Shown here: one piece after another, positions 12,576 through 24,429 of the stretch
Layout of the letters: each line of letters starts with the position of its first letter
Position numbering within the stretch: the stretch's first letter is position 1
NCBI GenBank assembly: GCA_013115125.1
Contig: JABANN010000166.1
Coordinates: 1 to 58,428 of the forward strand
From: Perkinsus olseni
Lineage: Eukaryota
DNA: 58,428 nucleotides
Reading direction: 5' to 3'
Made by a program: the position numbers and the translations under genes
The notes under the pieces: model-generated
The model's database searches: none
Seen by the model: only the letters and a program-made list of their open reading frames with translations
What the model was told of the DNA's origin: nothing

Positions 12576-14883
12576 TCAGAGTAAACGACGTCTAACGGAC
12601 GACGATGATTCGCTAGGTTCAGGAAGCTCTCGAATGACGGCCTTGTAGTCCTTTATCTCGTCCAAGAGAAAATGCGTGAGCATGGGACCTTTGCCCTTCA
12701 CATCATGCACTCCGCGGCTCTCGGTCTCGAAGCAACCCGGCGCTAAGACGTCCAGCCACTTCTTAGTAGAATCCGTGATTTGAGTGCAACCAATCTCACC
12801 GTACTGTACCATGCGGGAGGCCGTATTAACACAGTCACCCCAAACGTCATATATGAACTTTTTCCGACCGATAACCCCACCCATGCAGTCGCCACTGTCG
12901 ATGCCAACTCGTAACGGAACGGGGATGCCCACGAAGACCGGAGATTCTGCATCACCACTCGCGGATGACGGCGGGTCCGATGCCCCGCTGGAAGATGCTT
13001 GGCCACTAGAGCGCGATTCCAATGTTGGGCTGTTCTCGTAGATGTACTGAATAGCGCCAGTGTCCACCTCGTGAATCGTATCCCAATATTCCGCAGCGTA
13101 ACTCGAGCCTTGCGACTTCAGCGTGATATCGGCATTTCGCCTGGCCACCTCGTCCATCATACGCAGCGCCATACGGCATACGGCAGGCGCGTGTATCATG
13201 TTGGACTGTGGTAGACCAGCCGCTGCCATGTAGTTGTTCCCGTCGGTCTTGATCTTGCTGAGGCCTTCCTCCTGCGCGAGCTCGTCGAAGAGGCTGAAGA
13301 GCTCGTTCAAGGTAAGAACGATCTCCCGGGGGGAAATTTTCATAGACAGTGCTGTGAAGCCGGGAATATCAGAAAACATAATAGTAACATCCTTGATGGC
13401 CTCGGTGATACCTGAGGGCACAATTGGCCAGATCGACAATCAACTGAAGTTGCGCACACAGACAGGCATACGTATCAGCAACGACTTCAATCATTAACAG
13501 TGGATGCGCGCCTGCCCAAGAGCGTGTGAATCCTACCGATCTCGCGACTGAGGACGAGCCCCGAATCACGTCGAACCCCCTCCATTGAGTCCACCGCGTC
13601 CTGCCTTTCCTTGAGCGTGTCAAGAATACGCTCCGGAAGGACGTTGGTGAGGAGAGCGTTGCACCTGCTAGCCTCTTTAGCCAGCGAGAGATGAAGAACA
13701 AAATCTTCACGCAGAACTCCCTCGTAGACGTATCTGAGCAACGACAGCTCCCCAGAAAGTGTCATTGCATACCGCCCGACCGACTTGTAAATAGTGAGGA
13801 GAAAGACACATGTAACGACAACGACGTAGAAAGTGGCAGTGGGTAGGATACTAAGAGTGGGGACTTGGCCTTCACGACTGTTAGAGGGGAGGAGGTGCAG
13901 TATAACTGAGCAAGCAGAACTGCGCTGGCACAGCAACCTCTGTGGGACCTACTGGCACAGGCTGTTATTGCTAGGGATACAAAAACGTATTGCGTCCAGC
14001 GGAGAGAGAATGCTGCAGACGACAGGATATACGTTAGGGCGAGTGTGTACGTATGGTCCGGCGGCCAGCAGTACCTGCGATGAAAACAACTTGGTGAATC
14101 CCGCAAACCGAGAAGCCCTACCAGTCCATAACCTTAGGACCTAGGTGCATCCACAGCAGAGTCAGACAGGCCGCCAGCAGAGAGTAGCATGCCTACACGA
14201 TGAGCGTTCGTCCGAGACACCAGAGGGCTCGGGCCGCACCTGCAAGTCGTCAAAGAAGTCCAAGAGTATCGACCTTCGACCTCTCAGCGACAAGCATACG
14301 ATGATCTCTAGAATACCCACCAAAGCGAACATCATGAGCGGTTCCGTAGCAGCGTACCTGCGTAGTAGAGGGCCATTGAAGGCAGTGAAAAGAAGCTAAC
14401 CAACTGTTACTTTAATATAGTCATTGTTTTCTCTGTGTCATCGCTGCAGTAATAGAATGATCCAGCAGTCGCCATGAGCAGCCTATACCGGAACCACGTG
14501 ACAACTAGAACGAACAAGACCAGAACGGTGGTCCACATCACTCCGAGTCTGTCAGAATGGAGGGAATGATTCACCTGACAGAGTCGTGCGCCTCATCAAC
14601 CTGAGCAGCTCGACAGAGGACCTACCTGGAAGCCTTTCTCAAGCTTGGCCGACTTATAAAACTGAAGACTGAGCCTGTTCATCGGCTGGCCAAGGCCTTT
14701 CCACAGATTATCTCTGCCCATCGCGGAATACCTGTGAGAGTGTTGATCAGTCGCACGGCTATTGCCGATTGGGCAGTTATTACGGTATGTCCGCCCAACG
14801 CGTGGGAGAGTGGGAAAGGGCGAGGCGCGTTCGTAGCGGAAGTAGCTGCCATGCTGGGTTGACTGAAAAGGTCCACAGTCCAT
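12576..14883 (-). CDS. Class III nucleotidyl (adenylyl-type) cyclase with N-terminal membrane domain (multi-exon; start uncertain)
   Basis: Hydrophobic exons at 13.7-14.55 kb, LLTNVLPERI helix, VTIMFSDIPGFT, LNELFSLFD, KIKTDGNNYMAAAGL, LRVGIDSG, GVIGRKKFIYDVWGDCVNTASRM. Confidence 0.85.
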
Positions 14884-14995
14884 GATTTTACTGGGTGGAG
14901 AAAGGGTTTTGAAACGTTGTCGATCGGTTTTTCCACTTTATTTTCAGCACGCTTCCCAAAGATTGGTTGAGAATCCCTCGAAATTGAGCAAGTTA

Positions 14996-16248
14996 TCATA
15001 AGAAAGAGATTCCCATAACGGTGTGGTTGACACGATATGGCAAGATGAATAACAGTCGCTCACGTGTGGACTGTTTCTCCGTGACGACTATGTCCCTCGC
15101 ACTGATCACAACAACTCGGCAACGGCGTCTCACGTCTTGAGCATTCGGATCGAAAGCGAGCCTGCCACGGGCACAACACGATCAGAAGCGGCCTCCAGCC
15201 GAAAGCGCCTACCACAAGTTAGCGCAGAATTCAGTGATACCATCCTCCACTTCTGGTGAGCCTATATCGTCAGCCGGGAGCTGCTCGTATCTACGAGAAG
15301 CATAACCAAGGTCGGCAGCACAGACAGCACTCACATCATCTTAACGTCATCATAGAACCTCAGCAAGACGTCAGAGGCCCTCACGGGAGGGGCGTCCTCT
15401 GTAGCGTTAACTTCAGCATAGATATCAACCCGCTCCGAGAAGACATCCAGGATGACCTTCTTAATGTGCTGCTCACGGATGATGCTTCGGTCCAGGAGGA
15501 CGGCCGTGAGGTCAGCGGCATCAACCGAAACGACGCTACTCTCCCCAGTGTCGCTGTCACACTCGGTGTCCCCTTTACTGAGGGCGTGTTCAGAACCGAC
15601 TGAGCACTCCTCGGTTTCCCATTCATCCATGTTGAATGACCAAGGCGACGAGGAGTGACGCAGTGGGTCGGGAAGAACCGGCTGAGGAGACACGACAGAT
15701 GCGAGGCTCGCGATTCGCCAGCACGCTTGGATCACGACTGATGTGCCTCATCAAGCAGGTAGGCCTACCGCAAAATCGGTATCTTGTCTGCCTTCATCAG
15801 CACTAAGCGAGGACGATGCTCGCCGTAGGCGTCGGTGAGGACGAGGAGAAATCGGAGGGGCCAATGCATCCCCGAAGATAGACCTATATCAGAAGAACAC
15901 CCGTCAGCACACGGCTGAGATGAAGCCCAGTACCGCAGACGTTCACTAACTTCGTTACTCTCTAGACGACCAAGACTTGTTAATGCTCGCGATCTCGTCT
16001 TGTCACTTGGGTCGCCACCGCTCGACAGCGTACGGCGTCGAACTACCACGCGAGCATCCTGAGGAGAAGCTCGAGTATCCTGGGCCGTCCTATGGCCCCA
16101 AAGTCGAGCTCACCTCGCGGATAGCTGTCCTTTGCTTGGATTTACCTGCAAGGGACCTGTAGGGCTGTGACCCATTTTGAGGCATACACCAACGAAACTG
16201 AGCAATTTCGTGAGCCTCCCCTAGCCTTTGAACCCGAACTCCGACCAT
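14996..16248 (-). CDS. Hypothetical multi-exon protein (boundaries uncertain)
   Basis: Coding-like segments flanked by GT/AG, for example MDEWETEECSVGS...LLDRSIIREQHIKKVILDVFSERVDIYAEV and YEQLPADDIGSPEVEDGITEF. No recognisable family. Confidence 0.4.
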
Positions 16249-16369
16249 GACTGATAGTGAAGGTTGATGAAAGTAACTCACACGGTTCGCGACGCAATCG
16301 AATAATGATGATGATTGAAGGCACAGTGTGTCTGTAAATTGTATACTGCGATGGTGACTGTAGGGGAGT

Positions 16370-19300
16370 TCACTGCAAGCCGAAGCCCTCGCTATTCTCG
16401 ATGGCTGCGAGGAGCATCTTCTTCAGCTTGTCGGGGCTTGAGTACTCAGGCAAGAGCAGGACGTCATAGCAGGTGTATGCCGTCGGTAGGCGGACCGTCG
16501 GCTCGCCACCGTTCTTCTGTACAATCATCTGAAAGAGGAAAAGTCAGTAACATGCTGCCTAGCTGCAGCGGCTACGGGAGCGGATGAATCGAAGCGAGCG
16601 AAGTTACTGAACTCTAGTGCAACGTTACCCTTATCGAGCCTAGTCCTCCTAGAGGAACGCGGTCACTGCCTGTAACGAACTTCAGGAACTGTCGTTTCTA
16701 ACAGAAGAACCAGAGATACGCTATGTAAGTAAGCTCCTCTCACCAATAGTGATGAAACGGTCAACATGACAAACCAGGAGTCTCATCGGAGCTTGCCTGA
16801 GTATCGTTGAAATCGGAGACGATCTTCCAAAAAGCCTGTATATAGGGGTAGTCCTCCTTGAACGGAGCACCCTCGTATCGGGCCGACTTCCGCAAGGCGT
16901 CAAAGTCGAGTTTTTGCTCACCGCAAAGGATTGCGTGGAGATCCACAGGAGTTAGCGTACAAAGCGTCAAGGAACTGACACAGTTGAAGAAAGGTGCCAA
17001 CCAGTACGACTGGCTGTAGGGTGGCCCGGGCAACGGAAGCCGATCGATTCCTTACTCGCCCAACACTCTGTAGAAGCCTTTCTCGAAGGGGTCATAGTGA
17101 GCCTTGATGCTGTCGACCAGCTTCCACTGGATGTACTCCCTGACGAACTGTTCCCGGTTCGAGTAGGTGACCGGCACGTTGGAGCCGTCCGGTATCAGGT
17201 CGTGATTCCGACTCTCGCCATAGTAGTCATAAGATACGTTGAAGAATATACAAAATGTGTCCTGACAAACTGAGCTGTGACGAAGCGTGCCTAGAACCCG
17301 TACCGTACCTTCACTTCCTCATCGGCGTGCTGTGGATCCTTAGGCTCGTACTCGAGCAGGTGCTGCAGACTGCGAGCCTCCTCTGGGAAAACTTCCTCCA
17401 AGTCCTCGAAGGTGAGCTCAGCTGTCGATCCTTGCAACAGTCTCTTGAACAACACCCGAGGGAAGGGAACCTGACGGGCAAACACCATCACACGACCAGC
17501 AAGAGAATGTACGCAAGCGTAATATAGCACGGGCCAGCTCGAGACGCACGCAGGGAGAAGCCTACCCCCAGTCCGGGCAAGTTGTTGTAGACCAGAAGTC
17601 CTATGAGCGTGCCAACGTGCTGGAAATTTTCCGGGCTCTCGACCGAGTTGGGATTGATCCAGGTTACTCGGGAATCAGGAAGGTACTCGAACATGCCGTA
17701 TCTGCAGCAGCAAGACAGGGACGTGAGCTGCTCGAGTGCTGTGACCAGGCGACCGGCGATAACCAATCGAGAGACTCACTGAGCGTTGAACAGCTGCTTG
17801 CAAAGGATGTCGAAGAACTCCCGCTGCACTCCACCTTCGTCTACGCCGTCCTCGCCCTCGAACTTCACCATCATGGGGAACTTCAGCTGCTGATCGTCAG
17901 CCTGACAGCGTTAAGTGAATCTTCCGAGCGGAGAGAAAATTCCATCCGCAGTGAAGCCACTGAATACCGTCAATGTCCTCACCTCAGCCACCACGCGGAG
18001 AGCATCCTCAACGATATGGTCTCGTCGGACTTGTACTTGTAGCACCGTCTTCGGCCGGACACCTCTCATGAAGGCATCCACCATGATCCCTGGATGGGCC
18101 TGCCGTACGAAGAACCACATGTGCGACCACAGAGGCCTCCTCAAGGCCTACCTGCAGATGCTCCTGGTTGTGCTTCACTTGCCGCAGCACATTCTCCATC
18201 TGCAGGACCTTGTTCTTGAACGCCAACGGTACCAAGGAACCATATCCCAGCATAGAAGCCATGTACTCGGTAACAGTAGTGGTGTTAGTACCAACACACT
18301 CAGGCTTCGCCAACACCTCAAGCTTGCTTGGCAGTCGCCCTATAGGACGCCCGCCATGGGGATCCGGCCTGACAGAGCCCACACTCCTACCCCCAGAGCT
18401 TACGGCTCCCGCGGCCTTACTTGAGATACTCCTTCGCCCAAGTCTGCGAGTACATCATGAATTCGACATCGGGTGGTATGGCGTCCACCAAGCCAGTGAC
18501 AGTGATCTCGTCAGCCCCCGGTAGACCCACCTTCTCCGCAGCGCAAACGATGATAGTCAGTACAATCATAGCCTGAAAGCCAGAGGATACTACCTCCAGG
18601 TCCCCGCTACTCTTCTACCTGACTGAGCACGGCCATCTTGCCGCCGCCCAGATTGTGGACTTCATTTGCCAGTGAATTAGCCTGGTTAATCCACGTCTTT
18701 ATAAGGCAGCCACTGAGGATGTAGTGCTGGGGGCACTCGTTCGCGATCAAGTCAACCTGCAATGAACCGCTGGTCAGAAAGCGAATAGACCTTGTTAAAA
18801 CCACGATCAAGATCTAATATGCGGAGGAATACTAGTGTAGTATTGATGATGAGGGCACTAAATCTATAGAGTATAACAATCATAGTCACGACTATAGCAG
18901 CATCGGATCTTACCAAGGCCAGCTTGCCCTTCGGAGACAGACAAGCGATCAGCTCTCCCATCCTCTGACGGCACCAGGTTCCGACGGGTCGGTCCATCAG
19001 CGGCAGCAGCATAATCGTGAGGACCCCCCGGAGCTGATCCTCGGTCTCCAAGCTCTTGCCGCTCATATCCCGCAGTGAATCCCGGACCACCAGAGCCAGC
19101 TCCTGTTCGAAGTTGCTCTTCTGGAAGGCCTCACTCCCCCACAGCTCGGTGAAGCAAGCATACGCAGTCTGAGTGTCCAGCACCGATTTGCGGTGGCCGG
19201 GGTACAGTAGACTAGAGTTGAGGATTTGGATGCCGTCTTGCGTCCGGAATATGGCCAATAGTGACCGCTTGAGATCGCTAGCAACATTGGTAATGTAGTC

Positions 19301-21830
19301 ATCCGAGGAGGTGCTGGTGCTGCTGCTGCTCGTGAAGGTGCGGACCATACGCTGCAGGGACTCCGCTGAGAGCGCTGCGAAGGAGGTGGACCCAACGCCC
19401 GGCGTGACAACCTGGTGCAGCATAGCGTGGATCACACCGTCTCGGGTAGAACGCGTTAATGATATCTGAATACAGCACTAACAGTTTAAACGCCCCCGAG
19501 AAAAGAGGCTGATGTGCCCTACCCGACCGCCAGCCTTCTGCGCCAAGTAGTCCTTGCTCCCACCACTTATGGTCTTCGGCAAATTATGGGAAATGCTTCC
19601 ACCCGAAGTATCGGACATCAAGGAGGTGGCCTCGCTAACGGTGGCCGACTTCTGTGATGCTCCCCGCATGTGGCCCGCGAGACGCTCTGCGTTATCAGTC
19701 CGCTTCAACCCGCCAGATTCACCAGCAGGCTCGGAAATCACGCCCTCCACCGGCGTGGACAGCATACGTCGTTGCTTTCGGAGGGCGCTGCCATCTCCAG
19801 GATCCACCGTCTACAACAAAACGCACGAACCGCTTCGCTTCGCCGGGAGCCTCAACAGCATGTGGCCACTCCTCCTTACCGCTGGCCGTGCTGATGCTGC
19901 CATCCGGTCGTCCTTTGGGAATGCCATCGAGTGGGCTTTGAACAAGCCAGGGGCACTCAAGTCTGTCGGCACGGAAGTTTTCACACGAGGCACCATGGGC
20001 CGCTCCGCTGACTTGATAGCGAGCACTGCCGAGTGGCTACGACCTGACCATTCACACAAAGAGACTGAACCGCGGAATCCATGCCTGCTGTAATTACCTG
20101 CCGCCACAGAGAAGACTGCCAAGCTCCGAGGCATCAGCGTTGGCCTTAGCTCGGACGAACGGCCAGGCACACCAGTACCGAGCTGTCCGCTCTCGTTGCT
20201 GCCGCACCCAAACAACTTCCCGTTGACGTCTAGGAAGAGGGTGTGCTGACCACCGCAGGCCACTGCTCTCCACACCTCTGAAAAGTTGTTGTCGAGAACA
20301 GGCCCGTTCGCTAGGGGCCCACCTTTGGATTGGAGGTTGAGGGGAATCGGCAAGGTCGGTTCTTCAGCAGGGTCAACTCCACACTGGCCGGAAGCATTGT
20401 CACCCCAGAGGTAGGCCTGGCCACCCTGCAGCACCGCAGCTGTGTGCTGCGCCCCGCATGACGCCATCTGTACAGCCTTGGCCGGCGGTAGGCAGCTGAC
20501 AGGCCCAGGTAGCAGCTCATGGTGACCAGCGTCCTGAGCGACAATGGCATCCTCCTCAGCACAATCCAACCGATGCCCTCACCTCGCGGCCAAGCTGTCC
20601 CTTGCGATTGGATCCCCAGGTGAAGAGGACCCCCGAGATGGACACTGCGCAGGCATGCGAGTCTCCAGCAGAAATCTGTCAGCGGAAATTGCAACTCCTT
20701 TCACAACAGTCTCAGCGTCAGGCTGGGGTACTACCTGTCGTATCGGTACGCCGTAGGTTTGGCCGCAGTTTAGCACAGGTTTCGGAGCTGCTATCGCCTC
20801 AGTGTTGCCAGTGCCTGACATGAACTTATCTATACCGACAATCTTGGCCTGCAACGGCAAGCTAGGGACGCTACAAAGCCGTTGTAAGGTCGAGATTCTA
20901 TCACCAGAGGCTGCACAGTATTATAACCCAATCGGCAGCAGTCACAGAGAGAAGCCCAGCCCAGATAGCCCACGAAACTAGGATCATGCGTGTAAGTACT
21001 ACCTAGCTGCCCCACGGAGTTGTTCCCCGTGCCGAAGACTTCTCCGGTCTCCAACAGTAGCAGCGTAAAATCGCTACCGCACGCAACTTGACATACCTCT
21101 TGCGGCGTGACCATCATTCTCGGTGGCATCAGATTGATCGAGGGCTGACCATGGCCCACCTACCCAGCGAAAAGACTACCAAAATTTCTAATGCAAAGCC
21201 CCTCCGTCCACCTGGCCGAACTCATTGTCCCTTCCCCAGCTGATGGCGAGGTTGTTGCTCGTCAGGGCCACAGTGTGATGGTCCCCGCAGTTCACAGCGG
21301 TCACCTGGCCATGGATGAAGCATCGCCACTACCACAGCTGCCGCAGACGTACAAAACTCTGCTCTAGCTCTTGGTAGGCCACCAACCTCGGTTTGAATAG
21401 GTTCTCAGAGTCATCGCCATCGGGTCCTGTGATATACCCCTTTTCATTGTGGCCTGAGGGCGGCAGCCTAGGACCGCCACAGAGGACCGTCACGACCCCT
21501 ACCTCCACCATAAATCCTCCCCGATTCACTGACAACCAGCGTGGACTCCGGCCCAGTGCATAGCGATTTTGGACGCCGCTGGTCCAGCTCGCACACTCTC
21601 TGAGGTCTGACAAGCAGCCTGTCGAGGCTTCCTCACCCAGCGGTTGCTTACCTCTCCACAGTGCTCTTGTCCTGCTCATTCTCAGCCAGGCATTGGCCAC
21701 ACCAGTTGTCTCCCCAACAGTAAACCCCTACGGAGTCCTCCACGGGGCTGCCGAGAGCGTCGGAGCTCTCAGAAAGTATTATTTCAGACGAGGATGAACC
21801 TTCTGGTGATGAATCGTCCGTACTGGACAT
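16370..21830 (-). CDS. HERC-type E3 ubiquitin ligase (RCC1 repeats + HECT domain), multi-exon
   Basis: RCC1 repeats ([52 protein letters not shown]). HECT features [45 protein letters not shown], and C-terminal [17 protein letters not shown]...[11 protein letters not shown] with the catalytic Cys. Confidence 0.9.
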
Positions 21831-22028
21831 AATACCGTTGATAAGTAGTAAAAATAGATAAAAATCAACTGACGTTCCTTTCTGAAACCTGTCCACTTAA
21901 CGCAACAGCATTGCAGCTTACAACGGTACCACAACTCACGAACAACCAGGCCATGTCAGCAACTCCTACCGGTGGTAGTACGAACAAGGATCCGTCATAA
22001 TATGATACACCCCTTGCTGGATTCAACC

Positions 22029-22742
22029 TCAGAAAAAGGGTCCTTTCATGGACTGGCTTCGAACCAAGGAGTCCGCGAAGGCCCTCGAGCGCCCCAACTC
22101 CTTGATGACTTCCGTCAAGACTTCAATGGTTTCCCGGTTCCTCCTTCTGCCCTCCTTCAATTCTCTTATTTTGCCCTTCAGACCAGCGATCTCTCCTCGT
22201 AGAGCATCCGACTTGGCCTTTTCATCAACCTTCTTCAACAGCGCTTTCGCCGAGAAGGACCTGTTGGCCGACGAGATGGTAGGTCGAGCGAAGTTCCCAC
22301 GCGGGCCGCTTCTCATAACCGAGCCCCTGGCTGAGGCTGACTTGAGAAGGGCGTCCTTGACCTCAGTGGAAGAGAGAATCCTGTCGACTGGGTCACTGCC
22401 ATTTTTTGACCCGGGGAAGAAGCTTGATGATGATGCAGAGGCCCTGACTGACTGGCGGGACCGGAGAGTCTGCTGCGAATGGGAGCGGGCGACGCCCCAG
22501 GAAGCCACAGAAGAGCCTCTCGAGACCGCCGGGACCACGGCCTCGGTCTTACCCGTATTGGGAGCAACTGGAGCAGCACCAATCGCCACTACTCTTGACC
22601 CAACTAGCCTGGCCGAGACGGGAACTTCTCGCGGACTATCGTCATCTAGATCATAGGGCTGGCTTCCAGGCTGCTGAGGAACGACGGCTGTCTGGGCGAA
22701 GGGAGGTATAGTAGGGGGTGAAAAACCGCCGTAGAAGAGCAT
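22029..22742 (-). CDS. Hypothetical protein, Ser-rich with C-terminal coiled coil (start uncertain)
   Basis: Long open frame ending KALLKKVDEKAKSDALRGEIAGLKGKIRELKEGRRRNRETIEVLTEVIKEL...PFF*. Confidence 0.45.
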   Translation of the reverse strand: MLFYGGFSPPTIPPFAQTAVVPQQPGSQPYDLDDDSPREVPVSARLVGSRVVAIGAAPVAPNTGKTEAVVPAVSRGSSVASWGVARSHSQQTLRSRQSVRASASSSSFFPGSKNGSDPVDRILSSTEVKDALLKSASARGSVMRSGPRGNFARPTISSANRSFSAKALLKKVDEKAKSDALRGEIAGLKGKIRELKEGRRRNRETIEVLTEVIKELGRSRAFADSLVRSQSMKGPFF

Positions 22743-22889
22743 GAAGAGCGAGAAAAAATTGGCGATGCCTCCCACGGGATGTAGAGATCCACCGAAGAAC
22801 AAAAACGCAAAACTGCTGCTTAGAAAAAATGGTTGAGAATCTTTCATCAAATTAAGAGACAAATTTGGTAGCAATCACGTGGATCTCGG

Positions 22890-24330
22890 TCACTCGATTT
22901 CCCCTACTGACATCCCCGACTCCTCATCGCTGCCTTCCGAGATGGTGCTCAACCGGCGGGGTCTCCCGGGCTGGCCCACCTTCGAATACTCGCTAGAGTA
23001 AGCAGGATCATCCCGGCCAACAACGGCAGCCCCCAGCCGGTAGGCAATCGCCGAGGCTGATACTAGCACCGCTCCCACCAGGAACCATGGGGAATTGATC
23101 TTAGTGTAGTCCGAGTAGAGCACGGCAGAAACCACTACGGTGCAGATGAGGGTGCCCGCGTGCAGGTATGCGTTGATCATGTTGTTGCCGTAGTTGAGTA
23201 TCACTGCCGTAGCCAGGCCCACGACAGAGAGACCGACAGCAGTAACTGCGAACCACTCTCGACGAAAGGGGCTCACGCAGGGACTCACCTAGACCTGCTC
23301 TGAGCGCCTCAACCGTGGGCATCTCGCCCGTCACTGCAGCAGCAGCCATCACAGCCACCGAGTTCAATGGCGCTCCCCACATGTAGATCCTAGAGTTGCG
23401 AAGAAGGAATGGTATCTCACTGTCACGGTCTTGAAAGAGATACTCCACCCATATGTTTGAGAACGAGGACACGAGGGCAATGGTGAAGACTAGACCCGCA
23501 CCTATCAGGATTGGAGATGGTGGCCAGCGGCGGCCTAAAGTGGCTACCCACCTAGCATGGTCCGGACCCATCGGCTGCTTCCACCTGTTTCTGGGTTGTC
23601 AACATCGTTACGCTGCCCCTCTTCCGTCCCTGATGCGACCACCGCGATACACAGACCAACGGCACAAAGGACAGTGCAGATGAATTGGGTCATCGAGAGA
23701 GAGCGGCCCAGGAAGTACCTGAGGGCAGCGCCAGAGTCGATCAGACCCACTACGACGAAGACCCTACCGAAAGAGGAGAGCTGTGATGACGATCTTTATG
23801 TTCAACAAGAGCTGGAAGGTTGCTGATGAATCCAGTAGATCGAGAGCCACAAAGATACTGTTGTTCTCGATAAGATAGACAACCTGACAGAATCCGCTGC
23901 TCCCTCGTCTACTGTACCCACGCTTACAGCGGGGACGCAGTAGGCCAGGGCCTCCTTGAAACCAGTGTACCGAACCACGGTCGTCAAACCGTAACGTGAG
24001 CCAGGATTCGACCCATCCGGCGGGGTGGCTTTCCGAGTGGTAACCAGGTAAACGCAGATGCAGCAGGTAAGCTTAATCACTGATAAAGAGGACGAATGGC
24101 CACAGCTGACGGTTGCAGAGACGCCCACCTTCGGCCAAAGTGACGACTATGTACTTGTTGGTGCCGTAGAAGGTTTGATGGTGCTGCTGCTCATGATGGA
24201 TGAAGGTGTTGATAAGTGCGAGGATGAAGCATAAGGTGAGAGCCAGAAGCACGACCACGGCGACTGGTGCCCCCCGTGCGAAGGGGGCCTCTTCCGAATT
24301 GGGCTGCTCACCCGAGGACGAAAGAGCCAT
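22890..24330 (-). CDS. Nucleotide-sugar transporter (SLC35A / UDP-Gal/CMP-Sia transporter-like), multi-exon
   Basis: VVTLAE|..KL, YCVPA|..YLIENN..F...TFQLLLNIKIVITALLF|RYFLGRSLSMTQ, SSFSNIWVEYLFQ..PFLLRNSRIYMWG, GLATAVILNYGNNMINAY. Multiple TM helices. Confidence 0.85.
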
Positions 24331-24429
24331 ACAAAACTGAGAGACCACCAAGGAGAAGGGCAGCAGCAGGCACAGCGACCCGGAAACTCAACAGGATAAC
24401 CTCTGGAAAGCTTCAACAGTAGATAGGCA

